Shown here: positions 17,966 to 27,151 of the stretch, piece by piece | Numbering within the stretch: position 1 is the stretch's first letter | Layout: every line of letters begins with the position of its first letter | Virus record (IMG/VR): IMGVR_UViG_3300047445_000122 | DNA: 64,000 nt | Origin: a virus | Taxonomy: Duplodnaviria; Heunggongvirae; Uroviricota; Caudoviricetes | Strand: one strand, 5' to 3' | Program-made: the position numbers and the translations under genes | Notes under the pieces: model-generated | What the model was told of the DNA's origin: nothing | Databases searched by the model: none | What the model saw: only the letters and a program-made list of their open reading frames with translations

Positions 17966-18508
17966 TTAGAGCACTGTTATTTCATACTGATCCAACACCT
18001 TGCTCTTACTCATCTTCAGCCACGACTGAATTTGTTTGTCCGTGGGCTTCTTCTCCAAGTACCAAACCTTGTTGAAGGCTTCAGCGCCGTCTTCGGGCTG
18101 GATCGCAGCAAACACCTTGTACACGAAGCCACGCGCCTTCGCAACGAAGTCTTCACTCACCACGCGGGGCGCTGGGGCTTCCGGGCCACCCTGGAGGTTG
18201 ATCCAGTGGTCACGCACCAGAGCAAGTTTGTCCAACCCGCCTGCCTGAAGGTGTTCGCCCAGAGCACGTTCCACGTCAGCCTGAGTGGCGTTACTGTAGA
18301 ACAACAGGAGGTCTGCGACCGTCTTGCCCACAGTCGGGAAGTTCGGCATCAAGCTCAACTCCAAGGTGATGCCCTGGTTGAAGCGCGCATTCTCATTGTA
18401 GCAGTCAGAGGCGATGATGGCGAATACCTCAGTGCCATTCTCCAATACGCGGGAGAAGCGGTGTTTCAGAGCAGCGTTGTAGGGAGCGGAGTTCAATACA
18501 GCATTCAT
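17966..18508 (-). CDS. Hypothetical early protein
   Basis: AAAGGAA SD; early-type promoter 18555-18587. Confidence 0.75.
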   Translation of the reverse strand: MNAVLNSAPYNAALKHRFSRVLENGTEVFAIIASDCYNENARFNQGITLELSLMPNFPTVGKTVADLLLFYSNATQADVERALGEHLQAGGLDKLALVRDHWINLQGGPEAPAPRVVSEDFVAKARGFVYKVFAAIQPEDGAEAFNKVWYLEKKPTDKQIQSWLKMSKSKVLDQYEITVL

Positions 18509-18624
18509 GGTCAATTCCTTTCGTGTGGATAGAGAGTCAAGTACAATATGACGTATTCTATCCCTCAACTTAGGAAAAAGTAAAGTGAAAAATAAAAAGT
18601 CCCAGCTTTTGCCGGGACTTTTGT

Positions 18625-19074
18625 TCATTGGAACTGGTCAAACAGTGATCCCTGGGTGGGATTTGCCTTGGCGGGCATTGGCAACGGTAGCTCCAGTTGA
18701 GGAGGCTTCCACATAGCACATGGTTTTCTCAACTTGTCCATGTAGTCACGCATATGGCGGGTTCCGGGGCTTTCGCCGTCCCAAATGCCAATGCCAACTT
18801 GAGCACGCTGAGCCATGTCAATGTTGCGCTTGATCACTGCACTGCGATCCAGCTTCCCGCCTGGTGTCCAATCCGCGTTCAGAACGCTCACTGGGAGGTA
18901 ATTGGCGCGTGTCCAATCCTCTGCCAGGGTGTCAATCCCGCCAGCACCACCAACGATCACCTCATCGATGTCTTCAATGGTCAACTCCAGTTCAACCAGC
19001 TTTCGAGCGATGACTTCAAACACCAGGTCACGATCCTTGATAGACCGGGAGCCGAATATCACCAGCTTAATCAT
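18625..19074 (-). CDS. SLOG-family (DUF2493/YspA-like) protein
   Basis: IFGSR, VGGAGGIDTLA, A.IKRN..M, WDGESPGTRHM. Confidence 0.8.
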   Translation of the reverse strand: MIKLVIFGSRSIKDRDLVFEVIARKLVELELTIEDIDEVIVGGAGGIDTLAEDWTRANYLPVSVLNADWTPGGKLDRSAVIKRNIDMAQRAQVGIGIWDGESPGTRHMRDYMDKLRKPCAMWKPPQLELPLPMPAKANPTQGSLFDQFQ

Positions 19075-19561
19075 GCTCGCCAGGGAACTCATAGCGACGA
19101 CCCATGCGGTATTGAGTCTGGATTTCCCACTCAGCACGTTCGCCGTGGGACAACACCTTCAAGTCACCCAGGTTCGAGCGGCTGGCGATGACGATCATCT
19201 CAGGCTTCAGAACTTCCACCATGTTCCAGTCCATCAACAGTCTGATGATCTTCGATTGGCGGTCAATGTCATGTTGACCAATGTGGTTCTCGCCACCGTC
19301 CAGGCAATACAGGAACTTGTAGTGGCAGATGTAGTACCGGCCTTGTTTGTGGAGAATATGGCAGGTCTGTATCAGGGTCTTGTCGCGCTTGGTACTTTCC
19401 ACACCGATGCGCTGCAGGGTCTCCCGGATACGGCGGAACACTGTGTCTGCGTCACCAACCAGCTTCACTTCCACCATATGGTCCATCACAGCTGCCAGCG
19501 AGAGACCGCGTTGGCTGATGATGTTGTAGGGGTGTACGGTTTTGATGTCGTTCATGTTCAT
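19067..19561 (-). CDS. regA: Translational repressor RegA
   Basis: FRRIRETLQRIG...KTL.QTCHILHKQGRYYI.HYK.L..LDG. Confidence 0.93.
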   Translation of the reverse strand: MNMNDIKTVHPYNIISQRGLSLAAVMDHMVEVKLVGDADTVFRRIRETLQRIGVESTKRDKTLIQTCHILHKQGRYYICHYKFLYCLDGGENHIGQHDIDRQSKIIRLLMDWNMVEVLKPEMIVIASRSNLGDLKVLSHGERAEWEIQTQYRMGRRYEFPGEHD

Positions 19562-19968
19562 GCTTTCTTCCTTCCCATTTGACCACCCTTGTCTTCCAAT
19601 CCACGCAGGAATGTCAGATCATCAGGAGACAGTAGTTTCAAGTGCTCAGCTGCTCGTTCCAGGTTCACCTGGTATGCGCGTTGTACCAACAGGAGATCTT
19701 CACTGGTCTCCTCCTTCTTGGGCCACTTCGAGAAGCGCTTGGACTTCTTCACGGAGTGGAACAGATAGGCATAGTGCATTTCCTTGTCGGTAATGACTGC
19801 CTTGTTTGCTTCTTGGGCGAACAACACCGTGTTCAGCGACTGTGCAACGCCACGGTTGATGATGAACGGGTTGTACGCTTTGAAGGCTTCTTCAGACTCC
19901 AACAGAGCGGGGTTGCCCCCGTTCTCGTTGATAGCCTTCAGGAAGTCGAATAAAGTGGGCGCTCCCAT
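19558..19968 (-). CDS. gp62: Clamp loader small subunit (gp62)
   Basis: LFDFLKAIN, YNPFIINR, HY.YL.HSVKK.KRFSKW.K. Confidence 0.9.
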   Translation of the reverse strand: MGAPTLFDFLKAINENGGNPALLESEEAFKAYNPFIINRGVAQSLNTVLFAQEANKAVITDKEMHYAYLFHSVKKSKRFSKWPKKEETSEDLLLVQRAYQVNLERAAEHLKLLSPDDLTFLRGLEDKGGQMGRKKA

Positions 19969-19977
19969 GATCGCTCC

Positions 19978-20946
19978 TTACGCCTTGAACGATGTTTCCA
20001 TCATCAGAGTCGTCATCAGTGCGAGGAAGTGCACATAACGATCCGGGACGGTGGCGTGGTGGCGTTGATAGTCGTTCAAGATCAGGATGGCTTGAGGGAT
20101 CGACTGAGGGACCAGGACACTCTGAAACGTCTTGAAGGTCTTGCCGTAGAAGTCGTCACCCAGGCGCTCGAAGTTGTTCACGCACCAGGTCTTGACCTCA
20201 TCATACTTCTTCGCCTTCATGGCTTCGATCAGGGCGGCAGTATCAGCACCAGCCAGACGGCCCAGAATGCCGGCGTCAATGACGTTGTCGTTGCCCTTGG
20301 CGTATACCTGCAGGGTCTTCAGAATCTTGCGGTTGTCCGGGGCGAACTTCTTCACAACCTGGATCACAGACGCCTGGTCATAGGTCACACCTTCCAGAGC
20401 CAGGATTTCAAACACACGCTTACACATCTGCGCGGCGAGCTGGACTTGTTCCTGATTGCTGTACACGAAGTCATACTCATCACAGCGCGATCGCAGCGGC
20501 TCGATGATACGAGATTTGGCGTTGCAGGTGATGATGAAGGAGCAGTTAGAGCTGACCTGCTCAACCAGACCCTTCAGGGAGTCCTGAGCGGCTACGGACA
20601 GACGTTCGCCCTCATCCAGGATCACCACTTTCTTGTTCTGGTTGAACAGGCTCGCAGTCGTTGCGTATTGAACGACCTTCACGCGGATGTCCTCGATGGA
20701 ATTATCCATCGAGGCGTTGATGAACAGGGGCTTGATGCCCTGCTCTTCGCAGACGGCCTTCGCCACAGTGGTTTTGCCGGTGCCGGGGGATGGGCTGTAG
20801 AACAACATCGACGGCACGCCGCCCTCCTGGATGCTCTTCAGGAGGGTATTCTTCAGGTGCTCTGGGATGATGACTTCTGCCAGGCGGCTTGGGCGGTAAC
20901 GCTCCTCCCACAGGAGGTGTTCTGGACGGGTTGCGGTGACAGTCAT
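19978..20946 (-). CDS. gp44: Clamp loader large subunit (gp44, AAA+)
   Basis: LWEERYRP, SPSPGTGKTT, VILDE, SRC. Confidence 0.95.
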   Translation of the reverse strand: MTVTATRPEHLLWEERYRPSRLAEVIIPEHLKNTLLKSIQEGGVPSMLFYSPSPGTGKTTVAKAVCEEQGIKPLFINASMDNSIEDIRVKVVQYATTASLFNQNKKVVILDEGERLSVAAQDSLKGLVEQVSSNCSFIITCNAKSRIIEPLRSRCDEYDFVYSNQEQVQLAAQMCKRVFEILALEGVTYDQASVIQVVKKFAPDNRKILKTLQVYAKGNDNVIDAGILGRLAGADTAALIEAMKAKKYDEVKTWCVNNFERLGDDFYGKTFKTFQSVLVPQSIPQAILILNDYQRHHATVPDRYVHFLALMTTLMMETSFKA

Positions 20947-21023
20947 GGATGTAGTCTTTCTATAGTTTAAGGTCAAGATAGGCGAATCATACGCCCATCT
21001 TGACGAGAAGTCTAGTGGCTTTT

Positions 21024-21494
21024 TTAGATAGCAGCCACCAAAGCACGTGCGAGGTCATACAGAGACTCGACTTGCGTGATGCCGTAGCGTTGGCAAATCA
21101 CATCAACGTTGCCCTTGCGCCAGTAGCCTTCCGGGCAGCAAACGATGGCTTTCGATGGATCCATCGCTGCGACGATGCCCAACTCAGCCAGGGTGATTGG
21201 GGACTTCGAGCCGGGAGCAAGGTAGACAATCACCAGGTGGGCAGATTCAATCCCATCCAGCTCCCAGTTCACTTGGCCATTGAACTCAGGGTTGTCGATG
21301 CTTTGTTCCCAGGAAGAGTCCCAATCATCCCGACGCGGGTTCAGGATCATCAGATTGTCAATGGAGTTCACCATCTCAGCAAACTCAGCTTGCCAATCCG
21401 CCGAAGCGCCCATGTCGATTGTCCCTGCCAGAAAGACCTTGATCTTTCCAGCAACAGTCGGGACAACCATCGGAGGTTTGAAAACCTCCGCCAT
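21024..21494 (-). CDS. Nucleoside 2-deoxyribosyltransferase-like protein
   Basis: VFLAGTI...WQ...NPRR...QV.WEL...SPITLAELG. Confidence 0.82.
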   Translation of the reverse strand: MAEVFKPPMVVPTVAGKIKVFLAGTIDMGASADWQAEFAEMVNSIDNLMILNPRRDDWDSSWEQSIDNPEFNGQVNWELDGIESAHLVIVYLAPGSKSPITLAELGIVAAMDPSKAIVCCPEGYWRKGNVDVICQRYGITQVESLYDLARALVAAI

Positions 21495-21495
21495 G

Positions 21496-22176
21496 TTATA
21501 CTTTCTCCAGGCCCACGTACACGGTGACCTTGCGGGTCTTGTGTACGAACTTGGAAATGCCGGCCTTGCAGATCGTGACTTGGTAGTCGCCGCCTGGCAG
21601 GATCAGGTTGTCGAACTTGATCTTGTAGGAGCCGTCCGGGGCGTTGGTTGCGTCATCCTTCAGCTCAATCAAGGAGTCGCTGGAAGCGTCACCGATGTCC
21701 GGGCTGGTGGTGGTCAGGTATGCCTTGCCGTCAGTCACACGGAATTCCAGAACCTTGTGACCCAGGACAGCCGCCATGCGTTGCAGGTTCTTCAGCTCAT
21801 CGCTGTTCAGGTCCACTTTCAGGTCTTCTGACGGCAGTTGGATTTGACGACCTGGGTGGGTGACGAATTCGTTGGCCGTGAACTTGTAGTTCACCTTCGT
21901 GTTACCTTGCTTGACTTCCACGTAGTTCTGGCCGTTGAAGATCAGGTCAGCGTCCTTCAGGTTGTCCAGGTTCAGAACCGACAGGAAGCGGCTCATCTCA
22001 TAGATCGAGAAGGTTTCAGGGAAGGTCTCGCCAATTTCGGCTTCCAGGATGATCACGCCCGACTCGGACACAGTCTTGATCAGGTTGCCGGCCTCGAACT
22101 TGAGGCTGTTGTTGATTTGCGATGCGACCTTCAGCAGGTCTTTGGTCTCTTGACTCAGTTTAACGATTTGGCTCAT
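21496..22176 (-). CDS. gp45: Sliding clamp (gp45)
   Basis: KLSQET..LLK....IN.SL.F..G, F.IYEMSRFL.VL; position beside gp44. Confidence 0.9.
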   Translation of the reverse strand: MSQIVKLSQETKDLLKVASQINNSLKFEAGNLIKTVSESGVIILEAEIGETFPETFSIYEMSRFLSVLNLDNLKDADLIFNGQNYVEVKQGNTKVNYKFTANEFVTHPGRQIQLPSEDLKVDLNSDELKNLQRMAAVLGHKVLEFRVTDGKAYLTTTSPDIGDASSDSLIELKDDATNAPDGSYKIKFDNLILPGGDYQVTICKAGISKFVHKTRKVTVYVGLEKV

Positions 22177-22213
22177 GGATGGTAGTTCCTTTCGGTGTAA
22201 GTGATAGGGCGTA

Positions 22214-22759
22214 TTATACGCCAGGTGGATTTAACAGTAAAGCATGGGTGGCGGGATCAACGTCAAGGCTAAACTCAACTGCGAAGCCTGGGTATGTGAT
22301 GTCCCGGCCAGGTACAAAGGTGTTGCGTTTGTGGTTCATGTCCTTCTGGGATACATCGTGAATGCTCCCATACTCCTTCGTCAGGGAGAAGATCAGCAGA
22401 GGACAATGAGCCAGCATCGACAGTTGGAACATCGGCTCCAACTCGAAGGATTGGACAAACGTGTTGTGGACTACCACGTGGCGACCGAACATGATGTGTT
22501 GAGCCGCGATGGCGTTACACCAGCGATGGGCTTGAGCCAGATAATCCTTGTTGTAGTACCAGCCAACGTCACGATCTTGCGTGAAGAAGTCATCCGCACA
22601 GATGTTGTTGGGGCTGAGTTGTTCAGCCAGAGTCGTCTTCCCTGTTCCTGGGATGCCGCGCACTACACAGAGTACAGGCCCGACAGAGTGATCAGCCACT
22701 CCTGCCAGGATGCTCATCGGGGTGTCGCGGTGTTGTTGGATTGTAGACAGGTCGATCAT
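22214..22759 (-). CDS. P-loop polynucleotide-kinase-like ATPase (AAA_33)
   Basis: VVRGIPGTGKTT, ADDFF, AH.WC, VVVHNTF. Confidence 0.8.
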   Translation of the reverse strand: MIDLSTIQQHRDTPMSILAGVADHSVGPVLCVVRGIPGTGKTTLAEQLSPNNICADDFFTQDRDVGWYYNKDYLAQAHRWCNAIAAQHIMFGRHVVVHNTFVQSFELEPMFQLSMLAHCPLLIFSLTKEYGSIHDVSQKDMNHKRNTFVPGRDITYPGFAVEFSLDVDPATHALLLNPPGV

Positions 22760-22761
22760 GA

Positions 22762-23334
22762 TCAGTGGGCGATGATTGGAAGGCTCAACATTTCCTTGTA
22801 GACTTGCTCCAAGGAGACCGGCTTGCCGTACACGTCCCAACCCACATCGATGGCTCGACCGGGGTGACCAGATGGCTTACCATGTAGGTGACCGTGAACG
22901 TGCATAGCCCCACGATGCTGTTGGTCAAACTCCAAGATCGGATAGTGACACAGGACGAAGCGTTGTTTGACTGGCCCGTCTTCTGTTGGTACCAACAGCG
23001 TCAGGGACATCAAGTCACGACAGAATTCAAACAGATCGCGGAACTGAGGATGCTTGATCAACTTCGCATCGTGATTCCCAATCACCAGACCCTGATCGCC
23101 GTTCAAGCGTCGCATGTAGCCCAGGGTCTTCTCCAGGTTAGTGAAGGAGACATCACCCAGTATGAATGTGAAGTCTTTTGGCCCTACATACTGGTTGAAG
23201 GTCTCAATCACACCCTCGTTCATTTCATCCACAGACTTCCAGGGGCGGGTCTTAGGACACCACTTCATGATGTTGGCGTGTTCAAAGTGCAGATCAGAGG
23301 TGAACCACACTCGCTCATAGCGGGACAGGTCCAT
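22762..23334 (-). CDS. Calcineurin-like metallophosphoesterase
   Basis: FTSDLHF.H, LGD, GNHD, LCHYP, HGHLH. Confidence 0.9.
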   Translation of the reverse strand: MDLSRYERVWFTSDLHFEHANIMKWCPKTRPWKSVDEMNEGVIETFNQYVGPKDFTFILGDVSFTNLEKTLGYMRRLNGDQGLVIGNHDAKLIKHPQFRDLFEFCRDLMSLTLLVPTEDGPVKQRFVLCHYPILEFDQQHRGAMHVHGHLHGKPSGHPGRAIDVGWDVYGKPVSLEQVYKEMLSLPIIAH

Positions 23335-24335
23335 TATTCCCCCATAGCTTCATCATCAAACGCCTCCAGAACAGCACGCATGAACTTCAGGCGCTCTTGT
23401 TCGTTCATGCGGATGAAGAATACTGTATCTTGTCGCAGAGCGCCGAGCATCTGGAGCAGAGCCTGGTTGTCCTTGTACAGGTACTCGAACTCATGAGACC
23501 AGAGGATTTTGCTGATGACGTCATTCTTGGCGCGGGCCAGCTTCTTCATAGCCACATAGCGGCGGGACTTGACCTTCAGTGGGTAGCAGCGCGTGTCGGT
23601 ATCGGTATTCAGGTTGAACCAGACAACAAAGCCTTCGTGATCGACAGTCTCACATTGCTTCTTGATGTCGCCCATGGTAACGCCTTCTTGAGGATGCTCA
23701 AAGAAGAAGTCAGCCCCGGCTTGCTTGAAGCTGTCCAGGATTTCGTCACGGTAATACTTGGACACCATGAGGTTGTAATCAGAGTTCCAATCCACGACAC
23801 GAGCGGCCAGCAGGTACAGACCAGGAACCTCAACAGCGATGTGAGGATCAGAAGGGTCGCACACCTCGAATGTGAAGGTCACATCAGCCCACTCTTGGAA
23901 GATCGGGATCATGTTCTCAGTGATATAGGAGGCTCCCAGCTTCGCATACTCGGAAGTGGTAGTGCCAGTGGTGCCGATGATGAGTTGATTCAACTTCTTC
24001 GACCAGGTCACATCCAGCATGAAGCCGTTGCGTTTGATAAACGCACATACCGGGTAGTCATCAGGCAGGTCTAGACCCATCTCACCCACGTTGAACATCT
24101 TCGGCAGTGGCATGTTGACAGGTTGTAGGTCTTGGGTCATGATATGACCGCGACCACCTTGAACAACGTGTTTCGGCCAGTGACCCTTGAACATGGTCTT
24201 CCCGGCGATGTACTTGTAGATGAACACTCCTGGGATGTGGGTCGGTTTCCGGCTGATCAAGTCAGAATCGGGAACCATGATGGCCATTTCGCCTTCAGCG
24301 ACTGGACCATACAGATATTTCAACAGTGGCGTCAT
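23334..24335 (-). CDS. RNA ligase (Rnl1-like)
   Basis: PLPKMFNVGE, motif I KRNGF, FEV, EGFV, KVKS. Confidence 0.75.
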   Translation of the reverse strand: MTPLLKYLYGPVAEGEMAIMVPDSDLISRKPTHIPGVFIYKYIAGKTMFKGHWPKHVVQGGRGHIMTQDLQPVNMPLPKMFNVGEMGLDLPDDYPVCAFIKRNGFMLDVTWSKKLNQLIIGTTGTTTSEYAKLGASYITENMIPIFQEWADVTFTFEVCDPSDPHIAVEVPGLYLLAARVVDWNSDYNLMVSKYYRDEILDSFKQAGADFFFEHPQEGVTMGDIKKQCETVDHEGFVVWFNLNTDTDTRCYPLKVKSRRYVAMKKLARAKNDVISKILWSHEFEYLYKDNQALLQMLGALRQDTVFFIRMNEQERLKFMRAVLEAFDDEAMGE

Positions 24336-24419
24336 TTATTGTTTCTCCTTGACTTTTGGTTTCTTGAAGTTGTCCATTGCGCGGCAGTGTTCGCAGTTGT
24401 CAGAGCATTTCTTAGCCAT
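24336..24419 (-). CDS. 27-aa Cys-rich microprotein MAKKCSDNCEHCRAMDNFKKPKVKEKQ
   Basis: TAAGGA SD; fills the gap exactly; its 3' end contains the RNA ligase SD. Confidence 0.6.
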   Translation of the reverse strand: MAKKCSDNCEHCRAMDNFKKPKVKEKQ

Positions 24420-24429
24420 TTGATTGTCC

Positions 24430-25146
24430 TTACCAGTATTTCGTGTGGGATTGATGGAATTCCTTCATGGCCTGATGGCGCATGACCTCGGCATCGTTCA
24501 GGCGGGACTCCTCCGGGATCGGGGCATTCAGATCAACGCCACGCGTCAGCAGGATGTCTTTCTTCATGATCGTCACAGCCTTGTTAGCCAGCTTGAAGGC
24601 CACAGGGTGTGGAAGACCCAGGACGTTCCGCAGACCCCACAGGCAGGAGCGGTGCAGTTGCTTGGCTTGAGCATCGAAGTAACACCAGTCAGACAGCTTA
24701 GCACCTTCCACTTCCTGGTCTTTCAAGAACGCAGTGTTGTTGAGGCGGTAGCTGGTGATGAAGCGCTCCGGGTCTTTGTCTGGGTCATACTCAAACAACA
24801 GCTGGCCGATGGAGCCTGGGTTGAAGGTACGTACACCCTTGCCGACTTTCTCAGGGGCTTTGGACTTACCATAGAACTGGGTTGGTTGACCTGGCTCCTG
24901 GCTGACGCGGACAACGCCTTTCGCCTTATCGCGCTCCAACTTCGAGGGGTTCATCACAGCAGCGTTGGCAGTGATCTCGATGTCCATTTTACGATCCAGA
25001 CCACGGATCACTTGGGAGGTGTGGATTGGGTAGTCCACGACTACAGGGCAGTAGGGTTCATCGACCACTTCCACCAGGGTAATTTGTTCGGTATCTTCCA
25101 TTGAGGTTTCCTCTGTTACGGGTGGGAGAATCATATAATCAACCAT
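24430..25146 (-). CDS. Hypothetical protein
   Basis: 238-aa ORF with phage codon bias. Confidence 0.75.
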   Translation of the reverse strand: MVDYMILPPVTEETSMEDTEQITLVEVVDEPYCPVVVDYPIHTSQVIRGLDRKMDIEITANAAVMNPSKLERDKAKGVVRVSQEPGQPTQFYGKSKAPEKVGKGVRTFNPGSIGQLLFEYDPDKDPERFITSYRLNNTAFLKDQEVEGAKLSDWCYFDAQAKQLHRSCLWGLRNVLGLPHPVAFKLANKAVTIMKKDILLTRGVDLNAPIPEESRLNDAEVMRHQAMKEFHQSHTKYW

Positions 25147-25193
25147 GTGTAAAATAAAAGCCCTGGGACTTGATCCCAGGGCTTCAATATCAA

Positions 25194-25451
25194 TTACGCA
25201 GTCACTGGGAAGGTGATGATGCGGCCCAACTTGTATTCGATCTTGACGCTGAAATACAGCACCTCTTTCTGGCTCAGGGTATCCACGATGGTTTCTCCGC
25301 GTTCCTTGTAGCGTTGGAGGATGCGATCCAGCTTATTCTTCAACAGAATCCGCAGGGATTCGCTGAGGATTTGACCCTCAAACTCCTTGATGGCTGCTTC
25401 AACGTCCAGCTCGAACTGGTTCTTGGGCAGCTTGATGTTTTCAGCCGTCAT
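25194..25451 (-). CDS. Hypothetical protein
   Basis: Coupled; followed by terminator 25156-25184. Confidence 0.7.
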   Translation of the reverse strand: MTAENIKLPKNQFELDVEAAIKEFEGQILSESLRILLKNKLDRILQRYKERGETIVDTLSQKEVLYFSVKIEYKLGRIITFPVTA

Positions 25452-25729
25452 TGTTTGACCACCAGAGAACCACGGATGACGTAGCCATTGGACACCTCAT
25501 AGAAGCTGTGGAGGGCGATATTGTGGTTGCCCAGATGACGCTCGATGGCTTCCGGGGTGAAGTCTTCCTTGTCCATCAGGCGGGTCACTGCGGTCAGAAG
25601 TGTATCGCCACGATGTTCAATTGGATGAACCATATCATCCAACAGAGTGATCGATGGGATTTGCTTCAGGATGGACTTGAAGTCATCAACGGTCTTGCCG
25701 TTGAATTGGGTTTGGGTGTTGACGTTCAT
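25448..25729 (-). CDS. Hypothetical protein
   Basis: AAGGG SD; coupled. Confidence 0.7.
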   Translation of the reverse strand: MNVNTQTQFNGKTVDDFKSILKQIPSITLLDDMVHPIEHRGDTLLTAVTRLMDKEDFTPEAIERHLGNHNIALHSFYEVSNGYVIRGSLVVKQ

Positions 25730-25738
25730 ATTTGCCCT

Positions 25739-27115
25739 TTAGACAGTGTAGGCGGCGAACGGGACGCCATTAGCAGAGATAACCATGTTATGGCCCATAC
25801 GACCAGGCTTAACACGATTCTCGATGGTCAGAGCGGCCGCAACCTCGTCAATCGGATAGCCGGTCCAACCTTCCACATTCTGGAGGTCATGCTTGAAGCC
25901 GTCGATGGAACCATCAGCATAGAACACATAGCTGTTCTGGGAGGCACGACCCCACAGGTTCAACTTGCGTGCTGCATACTCATCGGTGCCCATGATGGAG
26001 CCGGAACGGGCGAACTTGTCGCTGATGTAGGCCTGGTGGATGTGGCCACAGATCATGTAGTCAATCCGGGTTCCCATAGAGGCATAGCGCGCAGCCAGGG
26101 TGTCAAATGCTTTCTCCAGAGTTGCTGTGCCTGCCGAACGTCCATGGCCGTGACCGTGGATCATCAACAGGTTCGAGCCGTTCAGGTTCAGCACCATTTC
26201 CATGGTGTTCTCCATCGGCAGGACTTTCACACCAGGCTCATTCTTCAGGACGTACTGGAGAATCTTGTGGATCATCAGATCGAAGCTGTCAGAGGCCAGG
26301 AAGTCGGTCTCATGGATGTGCTCGGTGGCGCGGGACTCGTTACCCACAATGGAGGCGATCACAACGTTGAAGCCATCGTCATTCAACTCCTTCACGATCT
26401 GGGCGATGATGTCCACGATCACAAAGGTACAGTTGGCGCGGCTGATGCTGTTGGAGCTGATCTCACTCAAGTGCTGGATGTTCTTCACGAGGTCACCAGT
26501 CAGAGCAATCACCACCTTCTCAACGCCATCGGCCTTGAAGCGCCCGGACGACTGGCGAACGTGCTTGGCGATGCGGCGGGAGGCGATGTCCAGGTTGAAC
26601 GTGTTCTCTTGTACGTCTTGGATGACAGAGTTGACGTGCAGGTCGCTCAGTTGGATCACACCAATTGGGGCTGGACCATCCGACTTTGGAGCATGCTGGA
26701 CAGTTCCCAGATGGAATTTGCGCAGCGTGAAGGTCTCAATCAGACGCTGAGTCAGCTCTTCCACCATGTTGTAGACACGGGCGGATTCCCGGAAACTCTT
26801 GCGCTCAATGCGGTTGGAGTCCATGAGGGCTTGGTTCTTGCGAGCCAGCTTTGCGTTCTGCTCCACAATCTCCGAGTCCGGGTCAATCGGCTCCTTGGGT
26901 TCAGCCAGGGCGGCGACGATGTTGACAGTGGTGGATTGGGCGGGTTTGAAGAGAGCAACCAGCTCAGGGTTCTTGATCCAGCGCCCCAGGGTGGAAGCGG
27001 AGACACCAGCTGCCTGAGCAGCATCCACGATGGTCTCATGACCACCCAGGTAGTAAGTCTCAAACGCCTTCTTGATAACTTCATCACTGTGTTGACGGCG
27101 ATGTTTGTATGCCAT
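25739..27115 (-). CDS. HTH-fused metallophosphoesterase/nuclease
   Basis: N-terminal HTH (AAQAAGVSASTLGRW), coiled coil, SDLH, GDLV, GNE, HGH, GHIH. Confidence 0.8.
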   Translation of the reverse strand: MAYKHRRQHSDEVIKKAFETYYLGGHETIVDAAQAAGVSASTLGRWIKNPELVALFKPAQSTTVNIVAALAEPKEPIDPDSEIVEQNAKLARKNQALMDSNRIERKSFRESARVYNMVEELTQRLIETFTLRKFHLGTVQHAPKSDGPAPIGVIQLSDLHVNSVIQDVQENTFNLDIASRRIAKHVRQSSGRFKADGVEKVVIALTGDLVKNIQHLSEISSNSISRANCTFVIVDIIAQIVKELNDDGFNVVIASIVGNESRATEHIHETDFLASDSFDLMIHKILQYVLKNEPGVKVLPMENTMEMVLNLNGSNLLMIHGHGHGRSAGTATLEKAFDTLAARYASMGTRIDYMICGHIHQAYISDKFARSGSIMGTDEYAARKLNLWGRASQNSYVFYADGSIDGFKHDLQNVEGWTGYPIDEVAAALTIENRVKPGRMGHNMVISANGVPFAAYTV

Positions 27116-27151
27116 GTACGTTGTGTACCTTTCTTGAATTGAGCAGCCCGA

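Noticed and set aside
22214-22759. P-loop protein as the 5-hmU DNA kinase partner of the aGPT enzyme
   Set aside because: Its motifs fit the AAA_33/polynucleotide-kinase-like group and it is coupled to RNA-repair genes; an HMM search is needed to exclude it fully.
25194-25729. Either small ORF as T4 gp33 co-activator
   Set aside because: The gp33 pattern was not convincingly present.
25451-27142. Long antisense ORFs (also 20029-20970 +, 50565-51875 -, 60147-61289 -, 44964-46046 -)
   Set aside because: Shadows of strongly codon-biased real genes on the opposite strand; no SD and no recognisable motifs.
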